Shown piece after piece: positions 39,232 to 53,481 of a DNA stretch of 64,000 nucleotides (positions are counted from its first letter, which is position 1; every line of letters starts with the position of its first letter). Source of the DNA: Nymphaea colorata (taxonomy: Eukaryota). Made by a program: the position numbers and the translations under genes. Below the pieces are notes generated by a model, which saw only the letters and a program-made list of their open reading frames with translations, had not been told where the DNA came from and did not search any database. The stretch covers positions 12,338,001 through 12,402,000 of the forward strand of contig NC_045138.2 of the NCBI RefSeq assembly GCF_008831285.2. The letters run 5' to 3'.

Positions 39232-41760
39232 ATGGATAAGTTTCTCATGAAAATGACTATTTTTGGTAAATATGATACAAATAAAGAGGATATTAGATCA
39301 AGAAAAGAATGAAATCAAGAGAAGACGTTAGATCAAGAGTTGAAGGAGATGCAAGAGAAAATGCTAGATCTAATAAAGAAGGATAATCACGTGCAGAGGG
39401 AAACAATATAGAATTTAATGAAACAAAGTTGATAGTCGTGCACTTCATTCTCCTATTTCTACTTACCTCTTAAGATAAGAGAAGATGTTCGTAGAGCATA
39501 TCTTTTGCAAGGCCTGGTCAACCTTGCGATTGCGACTTTCAGCTGAATTGTCAAAAATGAAAGGTTAATCCAGCTTGGTCTAATGAATACAAGGATTGGT
39601 TGGAGTATAGTCTAAGTAAACATGGAGCATATTGTTGATATTATCATTTTTCAAGCCAACAAGTATAGACAAGTTTCATACGAAGACATTTGCATTTGAA
39701 GGATTTGATAATTGAAAAGTGAAGATGATATTTGATATGCATGTTGAAGGCCCCAACAATCATCATAATATGTCACAGATAAAATGTGAAATTTTGATGC
39801 ATTAAAAAAATCAAATTAATACCATATTTCAAAACTAAAGTGATAAAAAAAAATGCATATGAGACTCGTCTTTGGGCAACTGTTATTGCTACTAAACTTT
39901 TGTTAAAGCATGGATTACCATTTCGAGAGTAAAATGAAGGTGAAAACACCCTTAATAGGCAAAAAATTATTAAAGTTTTAAAGGTTTCTACAAAGTTGAA
40001 TAGTGGTATAGATAAAGTTGTGCTGAAGAATGCTCTAGAAAATAACAAATTGACATTTCCTGATATACGAAATGATGTTACCAAAGCTTGTGTGATGCAA
40101 ACAACAAATGAAATCATCAAGAAATTTGGACATACCTTTTTTTCTCTATTTTGCTTTATGCTTCTTGAGATGCATCAACGAAAGAGAGAATAGTCATTGT
40201 TTTACGGTTTGTTAATGAAAATGGCCAAAAGTTGCATGATTTCTTGTAATTGTACATGTGTTTGAAACAAATGCAAGTTCATTCAAAGCCGCAGTAGAAG
40301 ACATATTTTGTAAACATTGATTGAGCATATCAAATCTGCATTCATATGGTTGTGATGATGGAGAAATATAATAAGAGCATTTAATGGGTTGAAGACTCTT
40401 ATATTAAAAAAAATGAGTCTGCATATTATATACATTGTTTTGCACATCAGCTCCAATTGGTACTAGTTGTAGTTGCACATAAATATTTGTAATACTTGGG
40501 ATGTTTTTTGATACATAATTCAGATTACCAAGTTACTTTTATACTTCATGCAAGATGTCAGAGCTTGTTCGAGAAGCAAAATACATTAAAATCGTTAAAC
40601 CACTTGAATAAGGTAAACTTGAAACAAGACAAGGATTAAGTCACCAAATGAGTTTTAAACAACCTAGTGATACTCATTAGTCTTCTCATTATGACGCTAC
40701 ACTTAATTTAATGGAGATGTATCCTTCTTTAATTAAGGCATTAGAGTTTGTTATAGACACAAATACAAGAAGACTTGAAGCACTTGAAATGCTACGTAAA
40801 TTACAAGATTTTTGAAGTTGTGTTTGGCTTGCAATTGATTAATAAAGTTTTGGGGATAACTGAAATACTTTCACAATCACTTCAACGTAAAGATTAAGAT
40901 ATTGTTAATGCTATGAATTTAGTTGCTACAAAAAACAGTACCTTCAAGATTTGAGAGATGATGGTTGGGAGTCTCTTATAAATAAAATTTCTATATTTCG
41001 TAATAAATTTGACATTCCAATACCTGTACTAGATGACATATACACACCTCAAGGACGATCAAGATGTAAAGTTGAAAAGATAACATGCTTACATCATTAT
41101 CATGTTGAAGTGTTCTGCTCTGTCATTGATCTATAAATTGAAGAGCTAAATAATCATTTTGTTGAAACAAATACAAAGTTTCTCCTTCTAGTGAAATGTT
41201 GAAGCCCAAAGAATTCTTTTGATATAAATAAATTGATTTGTGTTGCTGAATATTATCCTAGAGACTTTCAAAAAACACATCTAGAATGACTTAGAAATCA
41301 ATTGGAAGTATTTGTTAAACATGTGAAGGCCTATATTGAGTTTTCACATTTAAACTTTTTGGCAGAACTTGTACAAATGATGGTGACAACGGAAAAGCAC
41401 ATGGTATTTCCTCTAGTTAATTTGTTGATGAAGTTGACAAGGCCTATATTGAGTTTTCACATTTAAACTTTTTGGCAGAACTTGTACAAATGATGGTGAC
41501 AACGGAAAAGCACATGGTATTTCCTCTAGTTAATTTGTTGATGAAGTTGACATTAACTTTACCAGTTGCAACAACAAGTATTGAAAGATCATTCTCAATT
41601 GTGAATTATCAAAACCCAGCTTCGTAATCAAATGGGAGATGAATTAGTTAATGATATTTAGTTACTTACATTGAGACAAATACATTTGACAACATCATTG
41701 ATGAAGTAATTTTGCATTGTTACCAAGATATGGAGAGCAGGCAAGGTCAAATGTCAATTG
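39232..41760 (+). pseudogene. Second hAT transposase, heavily disrupted
   Basis: WLEYS, KVVLKNALENNKLTFPDIRNDV, YYIHCFAHQLQLVLV, RDDGWESL, HHYHVEVFCSVID and LTLPVATTSIERSFS. Confidence 0.88.
41326..41551. repeat. Perfect 113-bp tandem duplication
   Basis: AAGGCCTATATTGAG...GAAGTTGAC at 41326 and 41439. Confidence 0.95.
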
Positions 41761-42884
41761 TTCGTAATTATAATTTTTGTCGTGCTTTTTGTGAATAATA
41801 GTTATTTGAATTTTTTAGGCCAATTGTAAATCTGTACAGAACTATAGCTATTTCATTTGTTTTTTTGGAGTCAATTGTAAATATGTGCAATTATAATTAA
41901 TTGAATCATCTTTGAAGCCAATTGTAATTTTTTTCATAGCTTATCTATTTATTTTGTTTTTTAAGGCACATTGAAAATTTGATAGTTATATATCTAGTGC
42001 CCCATAAAAGGTTCTAGTTTGGGCCCTGCTGGTAGAACCTACCTAATAGAAAGCAACAATTGGTTCAAGTAAAGCTATAGAAACTTGTGACTGCATGGAT
42101 TTTGTTGGTAAAAAGCAACAAAATATGAAGTGAAGAAAGACAATTTTTATTGCTTCTTTTTCACTTTTACTGTCGGATGAAAACTAAAATATGATTTCCT
42201 TTTTTAGTTTATTGCTTGTTCAATTGCCCCTATAGTCAATGTAATGCGAGGAAATTGCATACAAGCACATGGATATAGCAACAAGTGTACAAAATTCAAG
42301 AAAACATGCATGTGTTTGGAAGACAAATTCTATTGACACTTTCTTGGCTTTATTATGTTTGTAAGACACCAAGGGTTTTTCTTGTGTGTTTCTTTTCTTA
42401 ATGGCTAGGCCCACTGAGGTGTCTGTATGCTAGTTAAAGTAATTGCATCTATCCCATTGTCATTTATTGTTTCCATTGCTTGATTTTAGCTGGTATGAAT
42501 GAGGCCATTGCAAGTTACCTTCAGTTGTTTTCCTCATTCTGTGTTATTGCATAATTGATTTTCTTAATCAGTTTCATTGTGTTTGAACTTTGAGCTTTTT
42601 ATTGGATTGGCTAAATAAAGCTTGATCAACAAATAGACTTATTTACTTGCGACTTTTGCTCTTTCATGGAGTAGCAGTGCTTTTCTGCTGGAGGCCTTGA
42701 GCATTAGCTGTAATGAAGAAAATATGGAGATGCATTGAAGAGAACGTGCACTCAAGCTGGAGCTGAAGATGGAGATGCCATACAAGACGACGAAATCACC
42801 ATTTATTATGGGAAAATCATATAACTAGTTGTAGTTATTTGTTTTCTTGACTGTGTAAATTAAAAATAATTTTTCAATTACACA

Positions 42885-42920
<36 letters not shown>

Positions 42921-42949
42921 TAATAATAATAATATCATTGAGTTCCTAT

Positions 42950-43192
42950 TAGCCCTGTTGGTAGAATTCCCAAACGGTCTTTCAGGTTGGGAATTCAAAT
43001 AAGTATTCCCAACGGGGCATTGTTGTTGGGAATGTGACTGCACTTTCCCAACTGCTGTGATTGTTGGCATTTGATTTGCCCATGGAGGTTATCTCAACGG
43101 CTGCGCAGCCGTTGGGAAACAAAATGCCAACGGCTCACAGGGGTTTATTCGAACACCTTGAGCCGTCGGCGCTTCCCAATAATGTTGTAGTG
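42950..43192 (+). mobile_element. CACTA (En/Spm) transposon right end
   Basis: Terminal TTGTAGTG preceded by direct and inverted subterminal repeats (C)CGTTGGGAA / TTCCCAACGG. Confidence 0.7.
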
Positions 43193-43458
43193 CATGTTAC
43201 TTTTGTTTGCATTAGCCATGCAATTGATCAAAATTTCTTTGGTGTAGACAACCTCCTGTGTTCTTGGCTGAATGTTTGTTTCGGTGTAGGCTACCTAATG
43301 GTTTTTCATGTAGAGGGTAAGTTTCGACTTTCCATTCTGATGCATGTTGCTACTTCTTTTTAGTAAACAGTTTCTTTCTTCTTTACTTAAGCTTTGGGGA
43401 AGTTGTTCCAACAGGTTTGCATTAAAGAGCTTAAGTATTAATGAATTTCTTAGTATGA

Positions 43459-43560
<102 letters not shown>

Positions 43561-44778
43561 TTCTATCTCAAACTTTAATCTCCTTGTAAAGAAAATGAAA
43601 AATATAAACTGAAAAACCCTAATCCAAGCCTCAAGAATTAGAAGCCCTGCTTTTCTTCATTGAAATACAAGGTCCATTACTTGTTAGTTATAAGTCTTGT
43701 GTGGTTTGATTCTTGATCCTGAACACACATTATTCCTCTGTGGGCCATTCATGGCGTGCCACACAAAGCCGCTTCAAACAAAATGGTGATGATTTATAAG
43801 AAACGTAGGGAACAGAACTTTTGAACAACTCAAGTAAATATGACAGAGAGAGAGAGAAAATGGGCAAGCTCAAGACGAAGACAAAAGCGAGGAGAAAGAG
43901 TAGGAGAGAGAGAAGATTGCAGGCTTTCTCGCTATTTTTTTCTCGAGGTGGAAGGTATTGATTTGACGTATAGCCAGTAGGGAAAGATGGACATTTATCT
44001 GTATCAGAAAGGACACACAGAAATTAAAGCGAAGTATGGGTGGGAGGAGGATGGAGAGAAGAAAGACTATTTAATTTGTTCGTGGGCAGCTTTGACTCGT
44101 ACCCGTACCTCCTCACATGCATCACCAGTTTCCTCCATTTTTCTCACTAGCTACTTTTGTGATTTGTCCTCCTTCCCCCTTCCATTCTGTTTTGCATGAA
44201 TACAATTTTACATGCAAGGAATTCTTTTTTTTTTTTTTATACATCTTCCTGATTAACACGATCTTTTCCCTGTTCCCCTCCATTAATTCATAAAAAATAA
44301 AAATAGGAAGGATGATGGCATAATGGTAGTCGCATTTTTGCAAGACGTAGAAATTTCTGATTACGAGGCATTAAGGGTTTAGATTTTGAACTTTACAGGG
44401 TACATATATACAAATAAATAAATATTGTGAAAACACTAATGTGTAAAATAAAGTAATTTTCATGGGCTGGGGTGGGCAATTGCCCACATCAACTTTCACT
44501 GCCTCCGCTACATATGGCCAGCAGTGGGGTCTGATAAGCCTCAATCTTTGCCAGTATATAAATGGGCTCCTTCTGTCCAGACATCAACTTCTTAACCACT
44601 CATGAAGAAAATGATTTGTTTGACAGTTCATTTCCTAACTCCATCCTCAATTTAAAAGGGGAAGTTCGCACTTAAACTTGTGTATGATTAAGCTGGTGAA
44701 AGCTCTTAGTTTCCACAGTTCACAAGTACCATAAAAAAGTGAATGATGAGTATATTTTTACATTTAAAAGACATCTTG

Positions 44779-45059
<281 letters not shown>

Positions 45060-47242
45060 CTTACATTAATTTTACTGCCTGTTGATTAACTTACGACATT
45101 GGTCTTTTGTGTTGCTTCATATGTTTACCAACCATAATTTTAAAATTCTGGCTCAATCTGCCACAACAGTTGGGTGCCGAAAAATATAAATTAAGGGACA
45201 TAAGTGCTGCAAGATGCATGAATCAAATAGCTAGCCTTTTGGTTACAAATTTCTTTATGGTCCTCCTAGAGGGGAAAGTAAATGAAAAAGAACATCAATG
45301 GATCACATAAATTAGGCCCATGAATTATAATAACCGATTTTGAGATAAAAACATTCTAAATTAGATTTCACTTTCAAATCTGAATCCGATTGCAAATTTT
45401 CTTCACTCTTTTTAAATATATATTTTGGCCCCTGTCAAAATTTTGAAAACTGTTTGATCCTTCTAATGAAAAAATTCTAGCTCTACCCCTTGTGTGACTG
45501 TTAGGAAAGAGGCTCTCTCTCTCACACTTAAGACACCTTGAGGAGAAAACTGAAGAAAAAGGAAAAAAGAAGATACAAGTATTTTAAATGGAATGGTTCA
45601 CAGGCACGGTCGTCTTGCGTCAACGGCCACACAGAGTTTTTCACTATGACAGAAAAATTGAGGAGTACAAGTGGGGCAAATCTGTAAAACACAAAATCAC
45701 ATGCATGCTCTTACAAAAAAGGTTGTCTCCCAACCTTACCGAAGTTTAAGAATCCTATTAAGCATAGGTCAGGCTCCACACTCCAACAGTGACCAAATAC
45801 ACTTTCATTTGCATGAGATGACAGATATAAAACCAAAAACGTCGGCTTTGGATATGGACCCTGCTTGTACTTAGATCAACACAACGGGATTTCCTACTGT
45901 TCATGTGAGAAAGGCGACAAAGCATATACAATAAATGGAGGCCATTAATTCTTGTGTAGGTGTCCGATGGACGCCACAAAACGAGTACACCTGGGTCCGG
46001 ACACTGTTTAATTCCCCGATAAAACAATGGTGATTTCTACCCCCGTGGGGTATTGGGCCAAGCTGCAGGACAAGTCCAGCTGGTTGTAACCAGAACACCC
46101 ACCGACCAACCATAACCGAGCGCACCTGTTCTACAAACCCAAACATTCTTCACTATATGGCGAGTCGCCTTCAATATTAATCATGAGATCATGCATGGTC
46201 TATTTATAACTTGTTAGAACAAACAGGACCGTGTGGCCCCGTTTGATATCTGGATCTTGTCAGCATTTACTGAATATGTGGACCCGCTGGTCCATATGAA
46301 CAGTGCATGTCCCTCTTATGTATGTTTTTCAAGTTCACCCATGTATAGTGTATCACTGTTCAGCCAAGGGTCACTGTTACGGGGATGATTGCATTTATTG
46401 AAAGTTGTATGAAAAGAATAAATAATTTTAAAGGAGAAAGAGAAAGCAGAGAAACCGGCTTTTCCCGCATGGATTACCACCACCGGCGATTCTTTTCCCT
46501 TTTCAATTCCCAACCCTTTTCTTGTCATGCATCTAAGTAATAATCATGAACCAACCATGTTAAACTCCAGTTGAGAATGGGGAAAAAAATATAATATATA
46601 GATTTCATTAAACAGGTCTACAAATTAGTTTCCCTCATTTCTTTGTCTGTCGACTTCCCAATAGACTCGAGGGCACACTTCAACCAAAATCAGTTCCAAC
46701 GCTTTTCGCTGCAGCCATCTACATGCAATATCCAGTAGCATTTCTTCTTGTTCCACTTATCTTAATTTTCTTCTGGATCTTATGCTCCAGGCATGTTTTC
46801 AAGGGGGTTGGACAGCATTTGGAGGAGATGTTGGCATATAGTTTTTTTTTCGAATCCACAAGGCCTCAATCTATTATGTACATGCAAGTTGAAGTATGAC
46901 TGAGGCAGCACCCTAAGATACAAAAAATAGGTCTTGCATCATAGAAGGATAAGGGGTTGGGTGGAAACTTCAACTCTCTTTTAAATGATAGGATGGAATA
47001 CTCCTCCTTTTACCCAAAATTACTACAGACATAATGCATAAGATATGTTCACAAGTACTAAACACGTAGAATTCCTTTGATGGTGAATTGCCCAAAAAAT
47101 CAACAACAAAAAGTACATCAAAATTTTTAGCCTAAGAGTGTTGTGACAAACAAACAAATAACTAGTTCATGAGCACCCACAGGTTGTTATTGATTACCCG
47201 TTGAGTATATCTACACAACTACGTCAAAACAAATTAAACTGA

Positions 47243-47278
<36 letters not shown>

Positions 47279-48759
47279 TAGAATTATGGAGCTAAGAATA
47301 TATATGAAAACCATTTAAATTGTTGATTAACCGCTTAATCAATGTCATTATGGTTCACAAAGTGTACATGTAAATGTACTTTTTCAAGTGGCAACTACAA
47401 CTTTGACTTTGAAAAAGCATTTAACAGATGACATTTAGTAAATGAAAGATGACATTACCAAGAACCTCGCTTGTCCATGTTTCATGGCTGCACTTTGCCA
47501 ATCTGACCTTACAGATGCGTTCAATTGCCTAAAACCAGATTTCAAATCTCAAACTCTAATGAAAACACCAAAAATTTGCAGTTCATTAAAGTTGTGGAAA
47601 CTTAGTCCTAAGATGCAGAGATATGCTCGTGCCCTCGAATTCAATAATCTAATTATTACTGCATGATTTATGAGAACGCGAATAGCACAAAAAATTGCAT
47701 TTTCACGGTTACCACGACAACCGTTAAAGACGAACAAATCTATAGAGTCCATGGTTTATCAGTAGTTCCCATTTCCCAGATCCCATGCAACCAAAGGTAC
47801 CGTTGGACAATGAAAAACTTGTGAATTTTGAACTTGTGAATTTTGAAGCAGTTGAACAACCATTTTGCCTGGGTATGGAGGCAAGCCCTCCTCAACCAAC
47901 CACATTGATTGATCTTATATACGTTGAGTCACTGTCTAATTAGCGCTACAAGTGGGTCAAGTGGGATCAACGATATTAATATCTTATTTATGGATCTGAG
48001 ACTGGCTTTTGTTTTGAGGTGAAGCTTCAAGTATGAAGTCAACTCAGCCAGATAAGATGTAGTTATGTGCAAGGATTTGACACTTTGGCACATTGAAAGA
48101 ATTAAAAGCACAGGCATGAAGCTGTTTGTTGAGGAAGCTAGATAGGTTTATATGTGCCGTTGGGACTTAAATCCTACTAAAGCGACTGCACGTCAACTGT
48201 TTGAGTAAATGATGTTTAAATGATGCAGGCATGCAGGTAGGCTGGGAATGCCCTAAGACCTAAACTGGTTATGTGCACAATGAAAATGATATGTAATGAC
48301 CAAACTACTCCTGAACAAAATAAAAAGGGAGCCCTTTTATATGGAAGGAAAAGGTTATCAAAAAAATTAAAAATCTAAAAAATACATTCCTTTATAAAAA
48401 ATATTAAAATATACCGAACACCCACCACACTTACCTTCTCCTTCTTTTTTATATTTACATGCACCACCTAACGTATGCAAATCGATCCCATTAAGAGTTT
48501 AGAGCTGGAAAGATTCGCGCAGCTCATTATTTCTCTCTGATAAATACTTGTCAAAGATCCACTCTTGTTTGCTTTAGTTCCTTAGTGAGTTATAACATAA
48601 GTTCATTACGTAGTTACAAATTAATGAGTGGAATATAAGCTCAATTCACATTATAATTAAACTACTGATCAGCGGGAGTACGTGCATTGACTTTTGATCG
48701 TCCAACTTTGTTGAATTGATCGTTAACGTGCATATGCACTTGCGCAGACACACACAAAT

Positions 48760-49049
48760 CGAGTTACTGTAAATCCACTTGATTAAGCTCAAGTAAGCTC
48801 TTTTATTCTAGGTCATCTTTTTTGTAATTGCTATTTTCAAACTTAAAACCAAGGAAAGAGATCAAATTAAATGGAAAGTTGGTAAGCATGCTTAAACAAG
48901 TCGAGCTAGAGCCAAGACTCAATCTATCAAGTCGAACTCGAGCTGTCCTTGTCCAGCTCGAATCATCTCAAGCCGAGGAACATGAGTCGTGCTGAGTCGT
49001 GCCAAGTTGAGTTGACGAGCTCGAGCTTGACTCGGCTCATGCACAGTCT
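48760..49049. mobile_element. hAT-type MITE remnant
   Basis: Dense (G)AGCTCGA / CGAG subterminal motifs and a right end CTCGGCTCATGCACAGTCT. Left end uncertain. Confidence 0.45.
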
Positions 49050-49732
49050 TGTTGGCCTGGACAGTTTACATGCTTTCTAATTTAGTCCGATATTTTGACA
49101 TTTTCATCTTTTCCTTAAAACAAATGGAACCTAAGTTATACGTTCGATGTAACAGTAATTGGCATAGAACGAAATGTGATAAATGAAAAGCCGCTGCAAG
49201 ATCCCCGCGCACTGCATTACACGTTGATCTTGTCACGAAGTGAAATTTAGATAAACTAAAGGATGAAACGTTTTCAGTTGATAGAATTGAACATATAAAG
49301 CAGGAATGCGGCCATAAAACACACAAACACATGCACGGGAAAAAAAAAAGAAGGGGGAGGGGATCAACGTGTTCAATTCTTTAGTTTATCTAATGACCAC
49401 TTCTAGTTGAAGGCAATACATGTCTACACCCACTGGGTGGATCATAAAACCAGCTTCAGTAAGTTTCCTAATGCTTCTGCTTAGTGATCGTGTCTTTTCT
49501 AACATGTATTGCCTTCAACTTTTTAAGTTCTGAAATACTTGATCGGCCTAATTAATATCGAAAGCAATATGGCTTGGTCCAAATTGCTTGCTTGATTTAG
49601 TTTACCAGGCGCATTGGAAAATTTGGATGAGTGAAGGGCGAAGCTAGCCGTCTAAATTTGCTTGCTGCCCATAAACTTATGAGCAATTACTTTTCTCCTG
49701 ATTTGACATTGAATCACGTGGTTAGTTTAAAA

Positions 49733-50133
49733 CATAGTCATAAAAAACAAATTTTTCGATAAAAACGTGAAAAAAAAACACGATAAACAAATTAGCCGTC
49801 TAAAAGTTTAAAAAAATTAATGTTTTTTTACATTAAATTGGAAATACGTGAAAAAAGGGGAATTTTTTTTTCATTTTATTGATTTCTTTATGTTTTTGTC
49901 ATGCCAAACTGTTTTTTTCTTCTCCTAATTTTTATTTTTTTGTAAATCTTCTTATGTTTTAATGTTTGTATTGTTAGTTTCTCACTTATTTTATTTTTTT
50001 CTCATTTTTAGACTTGTAATTTTTCAAAATTTATCATTTTTTTCTGTATCTGTTTTAAAATTTTCAAACTTGATGTATTATGTCCGAGAAAAACCTCACC
50101 ATTTAAAATGCGAGAAAATTTTTTACGACTATA
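49733..50133. mobile_element. hAT-type MITE with perfect 8-bp TSD
   Basis: GTTTAAAA|CATAGTCATAAAA...TTTTACGACTATA|GTTTAAAA. Confidence 0.8.
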
Positions 50134-50932
50134 GTTTAAAAATTATGAGCAACAAAACTGGGCTTAATTTCCACCGACGTTATCCTCAGGCTTTGTTTAA
50201 GGACACAAGAAAATTGGCACTTTTTAGCTGGACAAATTGTTTAGAAGTCTCGATCTTTTAACTAAATTTCAAAAAGGACCGGCACTTCTGATTTTTGTTC
50301 GACACAATTGCATTTCCAGGTAGGGATCTATTAATTCAACTCATTCACGCTAAGCGAAATGGCTACAATATCCAGAACAATGAGCAAACAGTTTTCGAAA
50401 CTTGAAAGAATAGAAAAGAAAAAGTAGGGATGTCAACCAATCGGATCTATTCTTAACCGTATCGCTTGAGAAATATTTTAAACGAGATTATGAGAAAGAG
50501 ACTTGCGTTTGAACGGGATATGTCAATCAAACATTACTCTGAATCTCGTTCCGTTCCAGTATACGAACGTATATGATTCACATGCCTGTGCTGGGGCCAA
50601 ATATTCAGGTTTAACAGCGTATGATGATCATACTACTGCTGCTGACAGAGGTCATGTCATACACACACGCCCTTATCTGCCATTGCCATCACTCTGAAAT
50701 TTTACAGTGTAGCAGACAGTATGGATGATGAATGCAATACAGTAGCAAAAACAAATATGTACATGACGTATATAGTTCAACAAGGTTATAGAATATTCTA
50801 GTGATAATTTGATGGGCTGAGCAGTACTAACACAGATAAAGGAAAGCGGACCAGAAATTACTCACAAATTTCCCGAATATATGGGCTGAATACGAGAGCC
50901 AATGAAGTTTTGGGGGGTTACAATGTTCCATT

Positions 50933-51050
50933 CACTACAAGAAAACAGAAGATTCACTGACGGCTAGAAAATGTCAGTAAAACATCATTACGTGTCAGTG
51001 AAAGTTTTTTTATGACTCTCTCGATCGTTGATGAAGAAAATGTCGATAAA
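50933..51050 (+). mobile_element. CACTA transposon left end fragment
   Basis: CACTACAAGAAAA followed by ACTGAC / GTCAGT subterminal repeats. Matching right end not found. Confidence 0.6.
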
Positions 51051-53032
51051 CCCAAATTATCATGCAAGCTTATTTGGGAATAAATATGTAGGGGTGTTTG
51101 GATGACAACACAAAACTAGGTTTTGCTAGATACACCAGTGTTTTTTAGTATTTGGCTGCCATCAAAATCGAGTTTGGGGGAAACCGAAACCCGATTTTTG
51201 TAAAACATGGTTCTGTAAAATGGAGTGAAATTAAAACCTGACCACCTTAGATTATTCATGAAAAATGAGGCTTTGGACCTCATCAAGAAAACCAACTTTA
51301 ACAAAACTGGATTGAATGGGAGTGTGATCCGAATGGTTCCGAACTTATTGCTTACAGAATAGACACTAAATCTTTAAATAAGTATGAAACTGTACCTACT
51401 CAAAACCTTTATTGCTTAGTAGACAAGCCTAGCTAGATTGAAGTTCACATCAATAATAGAAGAACAAATCCGCTCCAAAAACTGACATCTTTATCGCCAA
51501 TTGTTGGAAGGTAGTTTTCATACTGCATGCTGGAAAATATGGGGGAGAAGGAATAAAAGCATTCATAACAAGCAGGCGAGAATGGATCAGGAAGTTGCTC
51601 GGAAAGGTATCGAAGCTGCAAAGAGTCATTTACGGCTATTCGTTGGATGGACGAAGAGGAAGAAATGGTAAAAATGTTGGATAGGACAAAGGCATTATGT
51701 GCAGAGACAGCACTATTCGGTGGTTGCTCTCCGCTCGCTCTCATCACTGAAAAATAAATATTTTACTGACAGTTATTGCGTTTACATCATATAAGTACTT
51801 ACAAATTAAGTAGCATCGGCAGAAATAAAAAACCAATTCAAGAGATGACAAAGACAACCACCAACTATTTCATCATCTTCTAATCCCTAGCTGGCACTAA
51901 ATTAACCATGTCTATGACAGGGAGCAGGTAGAGAGATCCCTCTCCTTTTGTACTTGCTGAACTGCAACTTATTTTACTCTTACCGGCCCGTGTTCGGTAA
52001 CTGGGGCCAGAACGAACCTGCCGTCCACAATTTTTCAGTGTACAGAGGTATGCAATGATAAAAATATGCCCATTAAAAAACAAAGAGAAACTTTTGAAGG
52101 GGATAAAAAAGAATTGTGAGTAAAGAAAAAGTTTAAAATGTCCACTACTTTATGAAAAATTTTAAAAGTACGCTTGTTCAAGAGGGAGGCGGGTGGAGAG
52201 GGAAAGAGATAGAGAGAGAAAGAGAACCGTAGGGGAACAGTAAGGAGTGCTGCTTTTTTCAAGATCCATGTCTTTGGTAGAGTAATTGTTAGGTGTAACT
52301 TTCTTTCGTGCCCGTCATATGTCGTGAAAGGAGAAGGGTTGAGCAGTGTACTGCTAAACTGTTTCTCTGCTTGGAAACAGTTCTTTGTGGACAGGAGCAG
52401 CCATGGGTTTTCTCCCCAAGAAGAATTAATCTGCCATTTAATGAGAAGCCATTTGCAGCTGACTTCCATGGACAGTTTTGACATTCCATTTGCCAACAAC
52501 ACTATTTTCAGTTATTTTGTCTGCCAATACATGAACTTTTTCCGCTTGTTTCCTTTCCTTTTTTTTTCCCTTTGTCTCTAATATGTCCTATTAGGAGAAG
52601 ATTTTAGCTATTCATTTTGTGGATGGTGATGATTGAGAGAAAAATATGTTAAGTAATATTAAATGACTAAGATGCCATATATTCTTTTTCTCCATAGATC
52701 TAGCACCTAGTGCTCCCTCTCTCTCTCTCTCTCCCTCCCTCTCTCTTTGTGTGTGTTTGTGTGTGAATCAGGTGTATGATCATAGGAGGTGGACCATATA
52801 TTACCTTGATAGGGCGCTCCTGTCAAGAATTTGACCATCATAATAATAAGAAGAATACCCCTCTCAAATAAGACAACTTAAGTGAGAAATCGTTTATACA
52901 AAAGCATTTTCCTTTGGGACTACTGCTTAACGAGATAAGTAGTTACAAGAAACCTGCTTATGAATTCAAGATGCTTCCATAAGAACAAAATGTAGTCTAG
53001 AAATGGCAAGAAACCATTGCCAAAAGTCTAGC

Positions 53033-53250
53033 GGTCATTCCTAAAACTAATTAGGAATGGTCAAGCCACTGTTCCTAAAATAGTCCTAAAAGTGGTGTTT
53101 CTAAATACTTTTCGGAATGGTCATCTCTGGTCACTCTTAATACATCAAGTATAGTAGTGGTCATTCCTAAAACTATGGTCAAATAATTGTTCCTAAAATA
53201 TTCCTAAAAGTGGTGTTTCTAAATACTTTTTGAATGACTGATAATTCCTA
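53033..53250. repeat. Diverged tandem duplication, about 126-bp period
   Basis: GGTCATTCCTAAAACTA...TCCTAAAAGTGGTGTTTCTAAATACTTTT occurs twice. Confidence 0.8.
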
Positions 53251-53271
53251 ATATATATATATATATATGAT

Positions 53272-53481
53272 GGTCACTCTTGCTTTTTAGAGTCACTCAA
53301 CCATCTAATTAGAACGGTTTGACCTATAATGATGGATGGTTAAGAGAAAAAGATGATGGGTATTTTCATCATTTAATATTTGTTCCTACTTTTTTTTATA
53401 TGTTTTTCCTTCAACCGTCTATCTATATCAGATGAACGGTCTTGGTTAGATGGCCAAATAACTCTAGATAGCCAGAGTCAT
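53272..53481. mobile_element. Foldback MITE next to a (TA)n run
   Basis: About 75-bp imperfect inverted arms (CACTCTTGCT..TAGAGT..CCATCTAA / TTAGATGG..ACTCTAG..GCCAGAGTC). Confidence 0.55.

Larger units (their letters stand above)
39232..42028 (+). mobile_element. hAT transposon remnant; left end not located, may extend to about 37200
   Basis: Transposase followed by CAATTG-rich subterminal repeats and a right end TTTGGGCCCTG. Confidence 0.7.

Noticed and set aside
46361..46377. CAGCCAAGG resembling the miR169 5' end
   Set aside because: Match ends after 9 nt and no precursor hairpin is evident.
51445..51747. 100-aa ORF near the CACTA end
   Set aside because: No recognisable domain or splice support; lies among TE fragments.
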